Assembly: GCA_907165135.1 (NCBI GenBank)
Contig: OU015570.1
Coordinates: forward strand, 2,501,929 to 2,565,928
DNA length: 64,000 nucleotides
Origin: Oikopleura dioica
Taxonomy: Eukaryota > Animalia > Chordata
Direction: 5' to 3'
The notes under the pieces are model-generated. The model was given only the letters and a program-made list of their open reading frames with translations, was not told the origin of the DNA and did no database searches. Of this stretch, positions 47,001-58,479 are shown piece after piece. The position numbers and the translations under genes were made by a program. Numbering within the stretch: the first letter of the stretch is position 1; every line of letters starts with the position of its first letter.

Positions 47001-48324
47001 CCGAGACGGAAGCACGGACTCTATCTGACGAATGATAAAGCCCGGAATTTAGTTTTTTGGCTGTCGAGATGGGCAGATGTCCTTGATAGACCTCGTTGGT
47101 TACATATGTGGCAGATCACTGTTCCTCTGCTTGTTAACTTCTGCAAGTTCCATTTTGAGAGAGTCCATTTTGGCGTCCATCTTCGAGAGAAGCTGAGAGA
47201 AGGAAGCAGATTCGAGTCGTAATGCGGCGACTTCTTCCTTTAAGAGAGTGTTTTCCACGCTGACAGCACTTATTTCGACGCGACGTTTGAATTTTTTCAT
47301 CTTGTCCAAGTATTCTGTGATTTCTTTTGGTGTTTTTGCTGATTGTCCTTGGTCCAGGATGTATCGCTTTAGGTCAGGTGTCAGATTTGCGTTGAAAGAT
47401 TTCTCTAGAAAATGTTCTTTCAGCACATCCTTACCTGCTAAACTGGCAAGTTTTTCAATTCTTGTGTAGAATCTAGTGAAGGTCTCTTCCTCGTCGGTTC
47501 GTCTTGTGATTGAAGAGAGCTTCTCTCGTGCTTCTTTTGCAAGCTCCTCAGGTTTTTCTTCTCCAATGATCTGGTGAAGCAAGGCGTAGAAATCGGTTGA
47601 GCCTTTAACATCCTCGAACTCGTCCTCGTATCGCTCTCGAAATTGCCGATCAAGATGCGAAAGGCAGATTCGTCGGCGTGCGCTCTTAAACTGTGCTTCT
47701 AGTGCAGTCTTTGTCTCGTCGCTGATCTTATGTTCTGTCATTGATGCTCTAAAGATCAAGCCCATTCGTTCCAATTTCTCTATAAGTTCTGTCTCGATTC
47801 TCTTGAGTTGTGTCTTGGTCGTCTTTGTCGAAATTTTAGTCTCTGGCGTCGTGTTACAGTTTTTTATGGAATTTGTGGACATCAAATTTGTGGACATTTT
47901 TCAGATTATAAGGGGTTTTCTTGGGACATATTCAAAAAAAGAGGGTATCAACTTTGTGGACATTTTTTCTCAATTGATATCTTTTACTTCTAAATTTATG
48001 GTCTTACTTTCGTAATTGAAGCCAATTTTACCTGCAAAGAACTGTTTTTCGTCAAAAATCTTAATTTTTGTTTAGATTTACGTCTTTAGATTCAATCTTG
48101 TATTCTTTTTCTCATTATTTTTTGAGAAAAATCATCAAATTTTCTTTCTAGGAAAAAATTTAAACAAGTTCGTTGGGACATTTTTTTCGAGGCTCTTTAT
48201 CAAATTTGTGGACATTTTTCAGAAAACTAGGGGACAAAAAATGTCCACAAATTCCATAAATAACTGTATTTAAAAAGTCCTCAAGAAGTTCGAAGGGGTG
48301 TCGAATCGCAACGTTGGTCACCAT
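47000..48324 (-). pseudogene. gag: Element C gag interrupted by a MITE
   Basis: Removing 47857-48266 restores EDFLN-NTTPE; capsid-like region and CHIC..RG knuckle remnant. Confidence 0.8.
47857..48266. mobile_element. Tc1/mariner-type MITE
   Basis: TA|CAGTTTTTTATGGAATTTGTGGACAT ... ATGTCCACAAATTCCATAAATAACTG|TA. Confidence 0.9.
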
Positions 48325-49160
48325 GATGCGTCTGTAGAAAAGCAAAGAAAAAATTGAACCTTTCGATTGGTTTTATTGTGAAATTGAATAATTTTGTCTT
48401 GGCAGAGTCGCTTATAAAGGGTCAGAAATGTGTCAAGCGTAAAATCAGCTGGGTAAAGTGGGTCAGTTGGTCAATGATTCAAATCAGCGGGTCGTCACTC
48501 CCACGAGTAGAATCAGGTCAGCGCGTAGATAAAAGAATAAGAAAGGTGTGCTGCAAAAGGCGTAAAATTCATGTATAAAATATTTACAAAATATAAAATT
48601 TTTCTACGGTCGTGTCAAACGGGTCCGAATTCGTCAGTCGTTGCATAAAGAAAGTCTATAAAAAATTAAATGTGGCACATTCGACAACTTCATGCTACAA
48701 TTCAGCCGCTTACAGGGCTTAACGAAGTCACAGAGACTTAAGGGGACTTCTCCGTACGCAGAAATTTTCATTTGAGGAGGTTAATTTGGCTGTCAGGATG
48801 GCTGTTGGGCTTCTCAATAATCGCCCGAGAAAAGCGCTAGACGGATTAACCCCAAATGAATGCCTGCTTGGAATTCCGCCACCAACACTGTTCGATCATT
48901 TAGCGCTTTAGCCGCGAGAAAAAATTGATGGTCGAATAGATCGTCATATGGAGCTCATGAACGAGATTCACCTGAGTCTCGGATTCAAAAAAGTTCTGGA
49001 TTTCCCTATTTTGACCGAGCCGACAGGAGTAGACCTCAAAGAGGGTGATCTGTGTGTTGCAAAGAGCACCTCTGCAAACTTGGGTCATCGCTAGGGGGTG
49101 AACGGTGAAAAAATGAGCAAAATTGAAAGTTTAAAAAACCAGTTTTAATCGATTTATATA

Positions 49161-49486
49161 CAGTCAGGTCTTGCAATTGCGCGAACTGCAATTGCGCGGT
49201 TTTTGGCGAAAATCTCGAAATTTTTTGCATTTTCGTAAAGTGCTTCTTTTGATGGTAAAATGCCAAATGAGAACAGTAATTGAATATGAAAACAATTTTT
49301 TACTTTTCTACAGACAAAGAAATAATAATAGCGTAAGATTTCAGCATGCGTCTATATATAACGCAGAAAAGAGGCGAAAAAGGTCAATAAAATTGTCCCA
49401 TTTTCAAAAAAATTGACGGCTTGCAATTACGTGGTTTCAGGCGAAAATCCCGAAAAATAAAACCGCGCAATTGCAGGACCTGACTG
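49161..49486. mobile_element. Tc1/mariner-type MITE
   Basis: TA|CAGTCAGGTC.TGCAATTGCGCG ... CGCGCAATTGCAGGACCTGACTG|TA. Confidence 0.88.
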
Positions 49487-50001
49487 TATATAAAACACAT
49501 CATAAGGAACATTTTATTCCATAATTTTATATCTATCCAACGTAGTTTTCCATCACTTATGCCAATTTCCTCTTCAAGATTATAGTTTTTCTCGATAACT
49601 TCTGATCTCAACCTTCCTCAAGTCTAAATCAAAGATATTCTTAATCTACAGAAAAAATGCTTTCAGAAACTTACTAAATCACTTTGTGCACTTGTGTGCA
49701 AAAAATTCTCGAGCTAATTATTTGTGCAAACCCCGCAGAAAAAACTAAGGCCCTTTTTAGGTGGTTCGAGTCGGCCTCTTTGGCGGTATCGAGCTTAAGC
49801 ATATGCTTACAGGTCTTAGAATCACTAGAAATAAGAGGCATCTTATCAAAATCCAGTAGTCCCCAAAAGATGAAAAATTACTAAAAAGCGAAACTCTTTT
49901 TCTTGAAAATGATTACTTGTTTAACCCTTTATTTCAGCCAAAAGAAATAGCGAAGTCGCCGCTGGAGTTGGCTGGCGAGGCGCTGACTGAAGAAGAGAAT
50001 C

Positions 50002-52242
50002 ATGGCTACAACTTACGGAGCAAAGTTCGCAAGTAGAATTGTTCTTTTTACTTTATTTACTTACACGCGTGCATTTGAAAATGTGTATACGACTAACCAT
50101 ACAAAACAGGCTTACTATATTACTGAGGAAGAAAATCGAGAAATAGCCATAAGCATTTCTCCTGCACCAATCACTGAAAAATTTGACTTTCCAAATTGCT
50201 ACAATATCACGCAAAATATCACAGAGCATGAAACAGACCAGCTTAATTCGGTGGTAGCGGATTGGCATCACATCCAATATCAGAGAACCTCGGATTATCA
50301 AATAAAAAATGGAAAATTTTTTTTCCAGCCTGATATTGAGCTGATTCGCCCGACAAAGGTGTATGTTACCGCAGGGTCGCCAAATAAAGATAAAAACAGA
50401 AAAGTAGCGAATGTAATTTATCAAGGAAAAATTATCGATGAATATTACGAACTGACCCCTTCCCAGCGGTTTTGCCAAGTTAGAGCCGGCTGGAATCAAT
50501 TATCATACACTCTTGAGCTTAATTCGATTCCAAACCAGATATTTGTACTTGGAAATGCGTATCTAAAAACTGAGTTTATTTGGGCCCGAGCATTTTTCGA
50601 CGGTAAAAAAATCCCCATTCATGAGGTCGACATTATAAGCTCAAAACTCAGGGCGATGAGTGCAAAAATTGAAGGTTCACTCACAGACATAACAGAAAAT
50701 AAAAAAACACTTTGTAAATGTTCAGCTAGCATTCAAAGGTATAGCAGAATCTAAGGTGGTCATAGACGGTAAAGTCACCAAGCTCAACGATGACTGCACA
50801 AAACTCAAGATCGTACAAATTGCTCCAGTGTACAATCACGAGCGGAAAAGACGCCAAGCGATGCTCCTCGGCGTAACAGCGCTTCTCAGTGGTATTATCG
50901 GCGCAGAGACCCATCAGATATTCCATTCATCAGAATCAGTCGCTAGATTTGACGCGGAAGCCGCGAAACTGCATGAGTCGGAATTTCTTGAAGCTAAAAC
51001 CTACCAAGACATTTTAAAAAAGTTCCAGAAAATCGATGTAGTTCTGACAAACATAACAAAAGACTTGAATAGATTGAACAACAACAACTGTGCCACCAAT
51101 TTAGCCCATCTTGAAGATCATCTTGAACAAGAAATAAAAACGTCGTTCCTTGAATATCAAATCCAAGTAAGGTCAATCATTGCTTGATCTTTCAGCGTTT
51201 TTCCCACGGGTAAAGAAAGTGCGTTACTCATTAAACACTGTTCTATGACAAACAAAAACATGGAACAAGCGTGCGTGGACTTCTACCGAGGAAATAGGGA
51301 ATATCGCGGAGTGTCAGCCATATTAAGACCAGGCGAGTTTCCAATAATTCGCATCCATTTCGAGTATAAAGCACCAGTTTTTATGAAGTTTGACAAAACG
51401 CTAAGAGTCATGTCGGGACCAATTCCGATTTCACAGAACAAAGATACAGAAACCTACTATTATTTGACCAGAAAGGTTCCGCACGAAATAAGTGTGATAA
51501 ACAATACTGTCCTTGACTTGCAAGAATGCGAGCAGATATCAAAGTTCTCGAAATCTATATTTTGCTCGAATACAATGCTTCTGCCTTCAAGTTTGTGTGC
51601 GTCTGGCGTGTTGACTGGGAAAATGTCGGCATGTCATACTGAGGCATTCGTGTCCAACCAACCTTGCCTGTTTAATACATACGAGAATAACATTGTTATC
51701 TCACATTTCGAGAAAGTCCGCCAAGTGATGAACAACAAGATTAGAATACCAATGTGCTTGAACATAATCCATCCAATAACCGAAATGTAACTATACTTAG
51801 GCGTTCACAAGAAAGCATGAAACTAATCTGTGGCTCGACATCGCCCTATTCACCAGGAATCGCCGCACCACGAAACGTCGCACAAGAAGAAATAGTCACA
51901 GTGCCTAAAATCAAATTTCAACTCACAAGTCACGTGATTGATAAAAATGCACTTCTGAGCAACGTGGACTTTGAAGAGTTCAAGAATTTAAATCTTACTG
52001 ACCTAGCGGATGATAGTAGAGCCATGAACAAGCTTGCAACGACGGAGATAATTATAGGTAAGCATTTACCAATCAGTTTCAGTTCCATTGCGCTTCTCTT
52101 GGTAATTGCTGCAACAATTTTTCTCTACAGACGAAATCGCCGGAAACAAAATCGACAGCAAGATGAGGTGCGCATTGTCCGAGCGGGCTCCTCAAGAGCC
52201 GTATCGATGCACCACATGCCGCGATTGGACGCCGCGCTGTGA
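50002..52242 (+). CDS. env: Element B envelope, class I fusion glycoprotein-like (two frameshifts, one in-frame TGA)
   Basis: Signal-like N-terminus, N-glycosylation sequons, furin site RKRR followed by hydrophobic QAMLLGVTALLSGIIG, heptad repeats, Cys-rich block, TM SSIALLLVIAATIFLY, basic tail; TTTCAG acceptor near 49937. Confidence 0.85.
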
Positions 52243-52855
52243 AAAACTTCACACCTTTGAAACCTATGTTTAACTGCGCTTCAGTTAAAACTTTCCCTTT
52301 AAAAGCTTACAGTAGCTTGCGAAAAACCAAAAAGAAAAAAAAAGTGTTTGAAGTGCCCTAACCTTCTCCTTTAAATACTAAAAAGTTTTATTTTGGAATT
52401 TAGGCAACGAGTCCAAGTCAGCGTTCAAAATAAAAGAGTCAAAACCGGCGCTTCCGGTGAAAATGAAATGAAATGACCATCAAAAGAGAGAGTTTCTCCA
52501 ACATGCTTGATTAAGCTTCTGAACTTGTGACCTAATCTAATTTTCCAAAAATCCAGGGAGGGGAGAAATATGGGGACTAAACTCTAGCGAGTAAATTCTT
52601 TCAAAATAACTACTGTTCAATCTTTGAAAAGTGTAACTCTGCTGTGCCTTTTCTCCAGAGCTCCAGAGCTTAACCGCTCGCCTTCTTCTCAATCTGAAAT
52701 AAAACTACACACTCGCCTAAAAACTCTCGTCTGAAAATCACCCCCGAAAATACAACTAGAGATTTGAACAGAGACTGACTATCAAAGTCAGAGAGAGAAA
52801 CCGAGATAGATTGTAGTCTTTAATCTTTAGCTCGAGCCAGTATAGTCCCACTATA

Positions 52856-53465
52856 TAGGGATAGTTCCATCATATTTTGGCGGCTTGACTTTCAATGTTG
52901 ATGATGTTCGCATCGGCGTCGTCATTGGTGGAGCTGATTTCGCTGCAGATTTTGGTTTCTGCACTTTTGGCTTTGATTCTGCCTTTTCTTTCTTGATATT
53001 CGGGCGAGTATCTGAGTTTTGTGCATTCGGAATAACCGTTGCATCCGCCTCATTGACAGAATCATCGTCGGAGAGATCGAGCTCGTCCTCGATGTCGCTG
53101 TCAGTGATGGGTAGGTTCGCCATCAAGGAGTTGATATCCTTTGCCGCTTTTGATGTCTTGATTCGATCAAGGTCAAGTCGGTGATGTTTTTTCGCATATT
53201 TCTGTTCAACCGAATCTGCTTTATTTGGATGATCAGTGGCAAAGGTGGGTAGATATTCAATAAAGCCTTCTTTATCCTTTTTGAAGAAGTATTTCTTTCC
53301 GCGAGCAAGGATAGAGTCGTCCAAATGAAGAATATTCGCAACCACGGAAGCTTTATCACTTATTGGAATGGGGGTTGGAAAAACTCGCCCATCAAGTGAA
53401 TCGTAAATTTTCACGAGCTCCGTTCTGCTCAAATCGACAACAGTTTTAAAATAAGTTTCAGCCAC
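52856..53465 (-). pseudogene. gag: Element A gag N-terminal part
   Basis: Ends PPKYDGTIPI at the TAGGG TSD; homologous to the element D ORF. Confidence 0.8.
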
Positions 53466-53749
53466 TGTTGAAGCGTTCAGAAAAATGAGGTCTTTTTGAA
53501 AAAAATAGGTCCGTTTTTAAGTGCAAAAACTGATCCTAAAGGTTCACCTGTCGGTGGTTCAACTTATGGTAAAACTCCGCTTGCTTAGGTTTACCCTGGA
53601 TAAATTGATAATAAAGGACCTTATAACCCGTCCTTAGAATATATCAGCAAAAATCGTATCAGCAGCTCTCTTCGATCGTGACAGCAGCTCTGTTCAATCG
53701 TATTCAGGGAATCGTAATTTACAGTAGTTTTCGCTGTAAATTCTCGCCG

Positions 53750-53830
53750 TTTGTATCATTCACCAAATTTGTACTGCTTGCTATTATTTTGAAAGGGACA
53801 AAGGAAAAAGTAAACAAAAAGTTTTGATCA
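53750..53830 (-). promoter_or_regulatory. Element A PBS-like site and probable 3' edge of its 5' LTR (53770)
   Basis: ..GCAGTACA-aatt-TGGTGAATGA, same geometry as element D; LTR extent and partner LTR not found. Confidence 0.55.
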
Positions 53831-54730
53831 GTTGTCGATGACAATGGAATGAAAATGACACTTGTCAACTTTGAATACGGAAATATGAAGCCAAACACGT
53901 GGTATCTGTGTCCAGCTGCATATACTCTCAAACTTACTTAAATTTGAGTCTTCTGATGCGTTTCTTTGAATATTTTCTTAGCTTTTGTTACGTCAAAATA
54001 AACATTTTTGGCAAAAATAACTCGTTAAAATCCTTGAAAATGTATACAAAGTGTCGAATAGATTTTTTCGGAAAACCCGAACGTCATTGAATCACGATTT
54101 ATTTCGAAAACATCTGAAAGCGTTAAATTATGAGAGATATGCAAGAATAAGCTAAGAAAAATAAACTGATATCTGTATTTTTTATTTAATCTTTTATTTT
54201 CTTTTCAGCATTTTTACCAGGAGAAAAAAAACGAATGCACTTTGGGATTTTTTAAGTGTAAAAAACGATGGGATTTCGAATTTCAAAGGAAAAATTTTTT
54301 ACAGTTGCATTCTTTTTAACCGGTACAGTAGCGGCTCAGTAGACACTTGTTCGTGGAAACCGCCAAATTACTGATGGCCCAAAATTAGTGATGGGCCATT
54401 TTCTCAATTCATTTTCTTACAATATCTTCTTTGATGAAAAATAACGGTTTCAAGAATCAGAAAATCAGATAATAAATCAAGAGCACTTGTATTCAAACGC
54501 AAAAAACGATGTCTGCAACGCGAACACCTGGCATTACAATATCTTCGAGCATAATTGAATTGCGTGGCTTTTTTCAATTTTTTGGAGTCGCGTTCCCCTT
54601 CATTTTCCATATGTTCTTATATACATTGTATAATTGAGCTTTATTTAAGCTTAGTAGGGTAGGAGTTTAACACTCCTATCCGAATGTTCATCTTATAACA
54701 TCGCGTTTTATTCAAATTTATCTTTCAATA

Positions 54731-54816
54731 TCGGCGAATTTTCGCTTTTTGCGAATTTTCGCTTTCGGCGATTCTTCGCTTTTGGCGAATTTTCACTTCT
54801 GGCGAATTTTTCGCTG
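54731..54816. repeat. ~17-18 bp minisatellite (GGCGAATTTTCGCTTTT x5)
   Basis: Direct inspection. Confidence 0.8.
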
Positions 54817-55088
54817 AGCTCAATAAACTAAAGAAAATGGATAGCCCAGCTGATCTCAACTAATTTACCTTTGAAACAGATCAGCTCAACTCAGCTCTGC
54901 TCAATGACTCATTGACAATGAGTCGTTGACAATGACTTCTGAAAAAGGCCCGCTCAGCTCAGCAGAAATTTAGGAAAATTTGCAACTCTGATTGTAAGAA
55001 TATTTTCCAATGCTAGAGTTGAATCTCGGATCGAAAAGTTATGACTTCAACTCTCCTGTTTATTATGGACGAAATAAATCGAAATTTA

Positions 55089-55748
55089 CGTGCTTGATAA
55101 AAAATTTTTCAAATAGAGTTAATTTTGCTTTAATCGGATTCAGCGTGTTCGAAAACCTAGGAAAAAATTTTACTTTTTGACTTCTGGCGTGAAATAGCGA
55201 TAAGCGCGGCACTTCAAAAGTGAAAAGTAAGCCACTTTTGGAAACAGATTTCTAGCGATGCGTCATTGATATGAAAATTCTAATCGAACAAACTTATAGA
55301 TAATTGTCTAATCTAGTTGGCACTTTTTTAAAATCTTTAAAAGTTAATGTTTACCCAACTTTTCGGGCGATGATGCCTAACGCCCGGCCTCATTTTGCGT
55401 CTGCTGTGGAGTCCCGTTGGGGACCAGGCGGGCCTAGATTTTCACTTGATTTCAGATGGGTCATCTTTGAGCGCCCGATAAGTAGGGTTAACATTATTTT
55501 TAAAGATTTTTAAAAGTGCCAACTAGATTAGACAATTATCTAAAAGTCTGTTTGATTTGAATTTTAATATCGATGACGCATCGCTAGAAATCTGTTTCCA
55601 AAAGTGGCATACTTTTCACTTTTAAAGTGCCACGCTTATCACTATTTCACGCCAGAAGTCAAAAGTACAATTTTTCCCTAGGTTTTCGGACACGCTGAAT
55701 CCGATAAAAGCAAAATTAACTCTATTTGAAAAATTTTTATCCAGCACG
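55089..55748. mobile_element. Foldback element with ~280-bp arms
   Basis: The left arm reappears inverted on the right around a ~90-bp spacer. Confidence 0.85.
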
Positions 55749-56361
55749 AGCCGTATAAAGCCGTTTATAATGATGCTATTTTTATAATGAAGCCTTCTTT
55801 ATAATGATGCCATACCGTGCTTGAATCCCGACGATGACACTTTTTTCATTCCGTTTTTTGATCGTTATAACACCTAACTTTAATCAGGTGACTGAGCCTT
55901 AATCATAATACCGTATATGAGAAAACCTTAGCCTTGTATAAAATAATTCAATCCAATACATCATTCAATCGCCTTGAAGCTTTTATCTTGTATTGTCAGA
56001 ATGTTTAAATATCAAAACTTAAGAAACTCCTTATTAACTTTCTGTCAAAATGACATTTTGTATATAAAGACAATAAAAAAAGATCCCTCGTAGTACTGGT
56101 TCCCTCGTCGATTGATGAGAGCAAATGAGGGTAAAAGTATCCTCATGACTCATGAGCACCTACAACCTCAAAATTTATGCCATTCAAAAAGGATTCATAC
56201 ATTTAATTATAAAATATTTGGGTGAAGTTGAATAAAAGCGAAATCTGTTTCATTACAAATTTCCAGGGATTTCCAGGGATTACAAATTTCTAGGGATTAC
56301 AATATCCAGGGATTCGGAGGGTCAAATTCGAAATGTTCTCGAAATGTGTTGAAGCTGTTAA

Positions 56362-57358
56362 CCCGTTAACAGGCGCGTGGCTGTCTCACGGCCACGCAGC
56401 CTTTGGAGAGCGATAAGATAGGCGAAATTCTATTTTTATCTTAAATTTTTGTATTTCTGGAAAATTCAATCAATTCTCTGTCAGTTGGAATAAATTTGAA
56501 AAAAATCGGCCTGAAATTCTGCTCAGGAGAAGCCAAAGAAAAATTTCAGTCAGCGACAAAAAGGGAAAGCGTAATACAAATCGCCCGCCTTTTCCCGGGT
56601 ACCCTCCTTGTGCCGGGAAAAACTCTGAAATCCCGGCACACGGAGGGTCGAATCCGAAATGTTCTAGAAATTCCCTGTTTCCGGCTTTTGAAGGGTTTTG
56701 TAAAGGGTTTTTCTATTATATTTGGTCATTATAGAGAACGATATTGTTTTGGCGATGCATTTCTATATACGAGTGCAAAGGATAAATCAATCTTTTATTC
56801 TGATAAGAGTGTGGTGAATTTTAATTCATGAAATTAGTTCAAAGATCTGTATTTAACTCTAATGACGTTCAAACAGGTTATAAATCTTTTACGACTATAT
56901 TCTTCTTTTATTTGGGTTAGGGTTAGGTAGAAAAATGACTTAAACTGTCTTGATTTTTATTTTGCAATTAGTTTTCCTTCAAAAACACTCGATATGAAGA
57001 GTTTTTTGGTCAAAATCAACGGCTTTTTGGGATTTCTAGAACGGCACCCTCCGTGTGCCGGGATTTTGGCCGAGAGGTTTTCCCGGCACACGGAGGGTAT
57101 CCCCCTTTTCCCTTCTTTCCCTTTTTTTTAAATCTCAGCGCCGAAAATAACGCAACTTTGACCTCAATTTTCAACCCCTTAACGAATCATAAAAAGAATA
57201 AAACTACATCTAGAAGAAAAAGAAGACGCTTTTGAATCATCTTGTCTTCTTAGAATTCTATTTTGTCATCCCTTATTCTCAAAAAACACCAAAAGGTGCG
57301 TGGACTTTAGACAGCCACGCGCCCGTTAACGCATAAGATCGGATGCCCAGTTAACGGG
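56362..57358. mobile_element. piggyBac-type MITE with nested Mutator-type MITE
   Basis: TTAA|CCCGTTAAC ... GTTAACGGG|TTAA. Confidence 0.9.
56597..57103. mobile_element. Mutator-type MITE
   Basis: GGGTACCCTCC..GCCGGGAAAA TIRs; 9-bp TSD CCTTTTCCC. Confidence 0.85.
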
Positions 57359-57435
57359 TTAAACATCAGTTTCATTTATAAGTTTTTGTAATGATTTGTT
57401 AGGGTTAAAAGTAAAACGACTTTAGCCTATAATAT

Positions 57436-57969
57436 CAGAGTTCGAAATCTGAAAGAAAATGGCGACTGCCGCTGCCAAGCGACTGCCAGCTTTTTTTAAA
57501 TGGCGACTGCCACTGCCAAGTGACTGCCAGCCTTTTCTAAATTGCAACTGCCACTGCCAAGTAACTGCCAAAATCGGGAGGTGCCAATGGCAGCTGCCAG
57601 TTGACTGCCAAAAACTGCCAATTTCGGTACTATTTTTAAAAATTTTTAAAATCAAACTAAGTTCAAAACAGTCTTTTTGTTATGTAAAACATAAAAAAAG
57701 AGACGATATCTGAGATATAAATGTCTCTTCTGATTAAAAAGATTGAATAATATAGGTCTCGGGAGCGAATTTGGATCATAAGGGTTGTTTTTTGTGGTTC
57801 TAGAAAGAAAACTTAGAAAGAAATTAATATCTTTCGAAGTGGCAGTAGATTGGCAGCTGCCAGTTACTGCCAGCCCTTGAAAAATGTAACTGCCACTGCC
57901 AAGTGACTGCCGAAATTGGCAGCTGCCAGTGGCAGTCGTGGCAGTACTGCCAACAAATTTCGCACTCTG
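57436..57969. mobile_element. hAT-type MITE with subterminal CTGCCA/TGGCAG arrays
   Basis: TIR CAGAGT(T/G)CGAAAT; 8-bp TSD TATAATAT. Confidence 0.88.
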
Positions 57970-58479
57970 TATAATATAATATGGCAAATGTTAGATTTCC
58001 TGGTGAACCGTAAGTAACCAGAAAATAAGAAAAAAAGAGGGTTTCTTCAGCAGCGCCATTGTTAAAGTCTAGAGAAAATTAATTCGGCGCCGGAGAACAA
58101 AAGAAAAGAAGGGCCCCGAGCGATGGTACTGAATACACGTGTTACGAATGTGAAGAAAACTGAAAAAAATGTCTTTTTCTAATTGCATCGTCGGTAAAAT
58201 TCTAGAGATCTTTTGTTTTTCTTATTATACCCCGTTGAGTTTCCTTGAATTTCTATTGAGATTTTACGTTCCCTTGAGAAATTAAAGAGAAGTAAACCAA
58301 ACTTGTTTAAGATCTCTTTAAACGTTTGCCTTCCACCGGTTTTCAGAAATAAAAGAAACGAGTTTTCTTTTATCCATTTTTGAGAATATAGTCTAGAGAA
58401 TTCTCATCTAAAGGGGTTGATCAAAGCCCACAAGTTTCCGCCCCACTGTGGGTAAGGGTTAGGGTTGTTTCCCTGAGAA

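Larger units (their letters stand above)
41661..48617 (-). mobile_element. Element C: full-length Ty3/gypsy retrotransposon without env
   Basis: 294-bp TG..CA LTRs at 41661-41954 and 48324-48617; AACGG TSD; PBS TGGTGACCAACGTTGCGA abutting the 5' LTR; gag-PR-RT-RH-IN. Confidence 0.95.
40720..49100 (+). pseudogene. pol: Element B integrase in three pieces (40720-41074, 41578-41660, 48623-~49100)
   Basis: YHVVTGH..CLLC; VGIDCVD; SDNG|SEF restored across element C. Confidence 0.88.
26512..52855 (+). mobile_element. Element B: env-containing Ty3/gypsy retrotransposon (Tor/errantivirus-like), expanded by nested inserts and duplication
   Basis: 287-bp LTRs at 26512-26798, 35090-35376 and 52569-52855; TAGGG TSD in element A gag; PBS TGGTGACTGA at 26800; PPT AGGGAGGGGAGAAA at 52555-52568; gag-PR-RT-RH-IN-env order. 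Confidence 0.9.

Noticed and set aside
30241-48345. N-terminal extensions of ORFs 30241, 38812 and 47100-47897, and ORFs such as 61-369, 41217-41682 and 59386-59784
   Set aside because: They are translations of MITE sequence, not genes.
52569-52855. Initial reading of the 287-bp repeat as a TIR MITE
   Set aside because: The adjacent PPT, PBS, internal AATAAA and shared TSD show it is an LTR.
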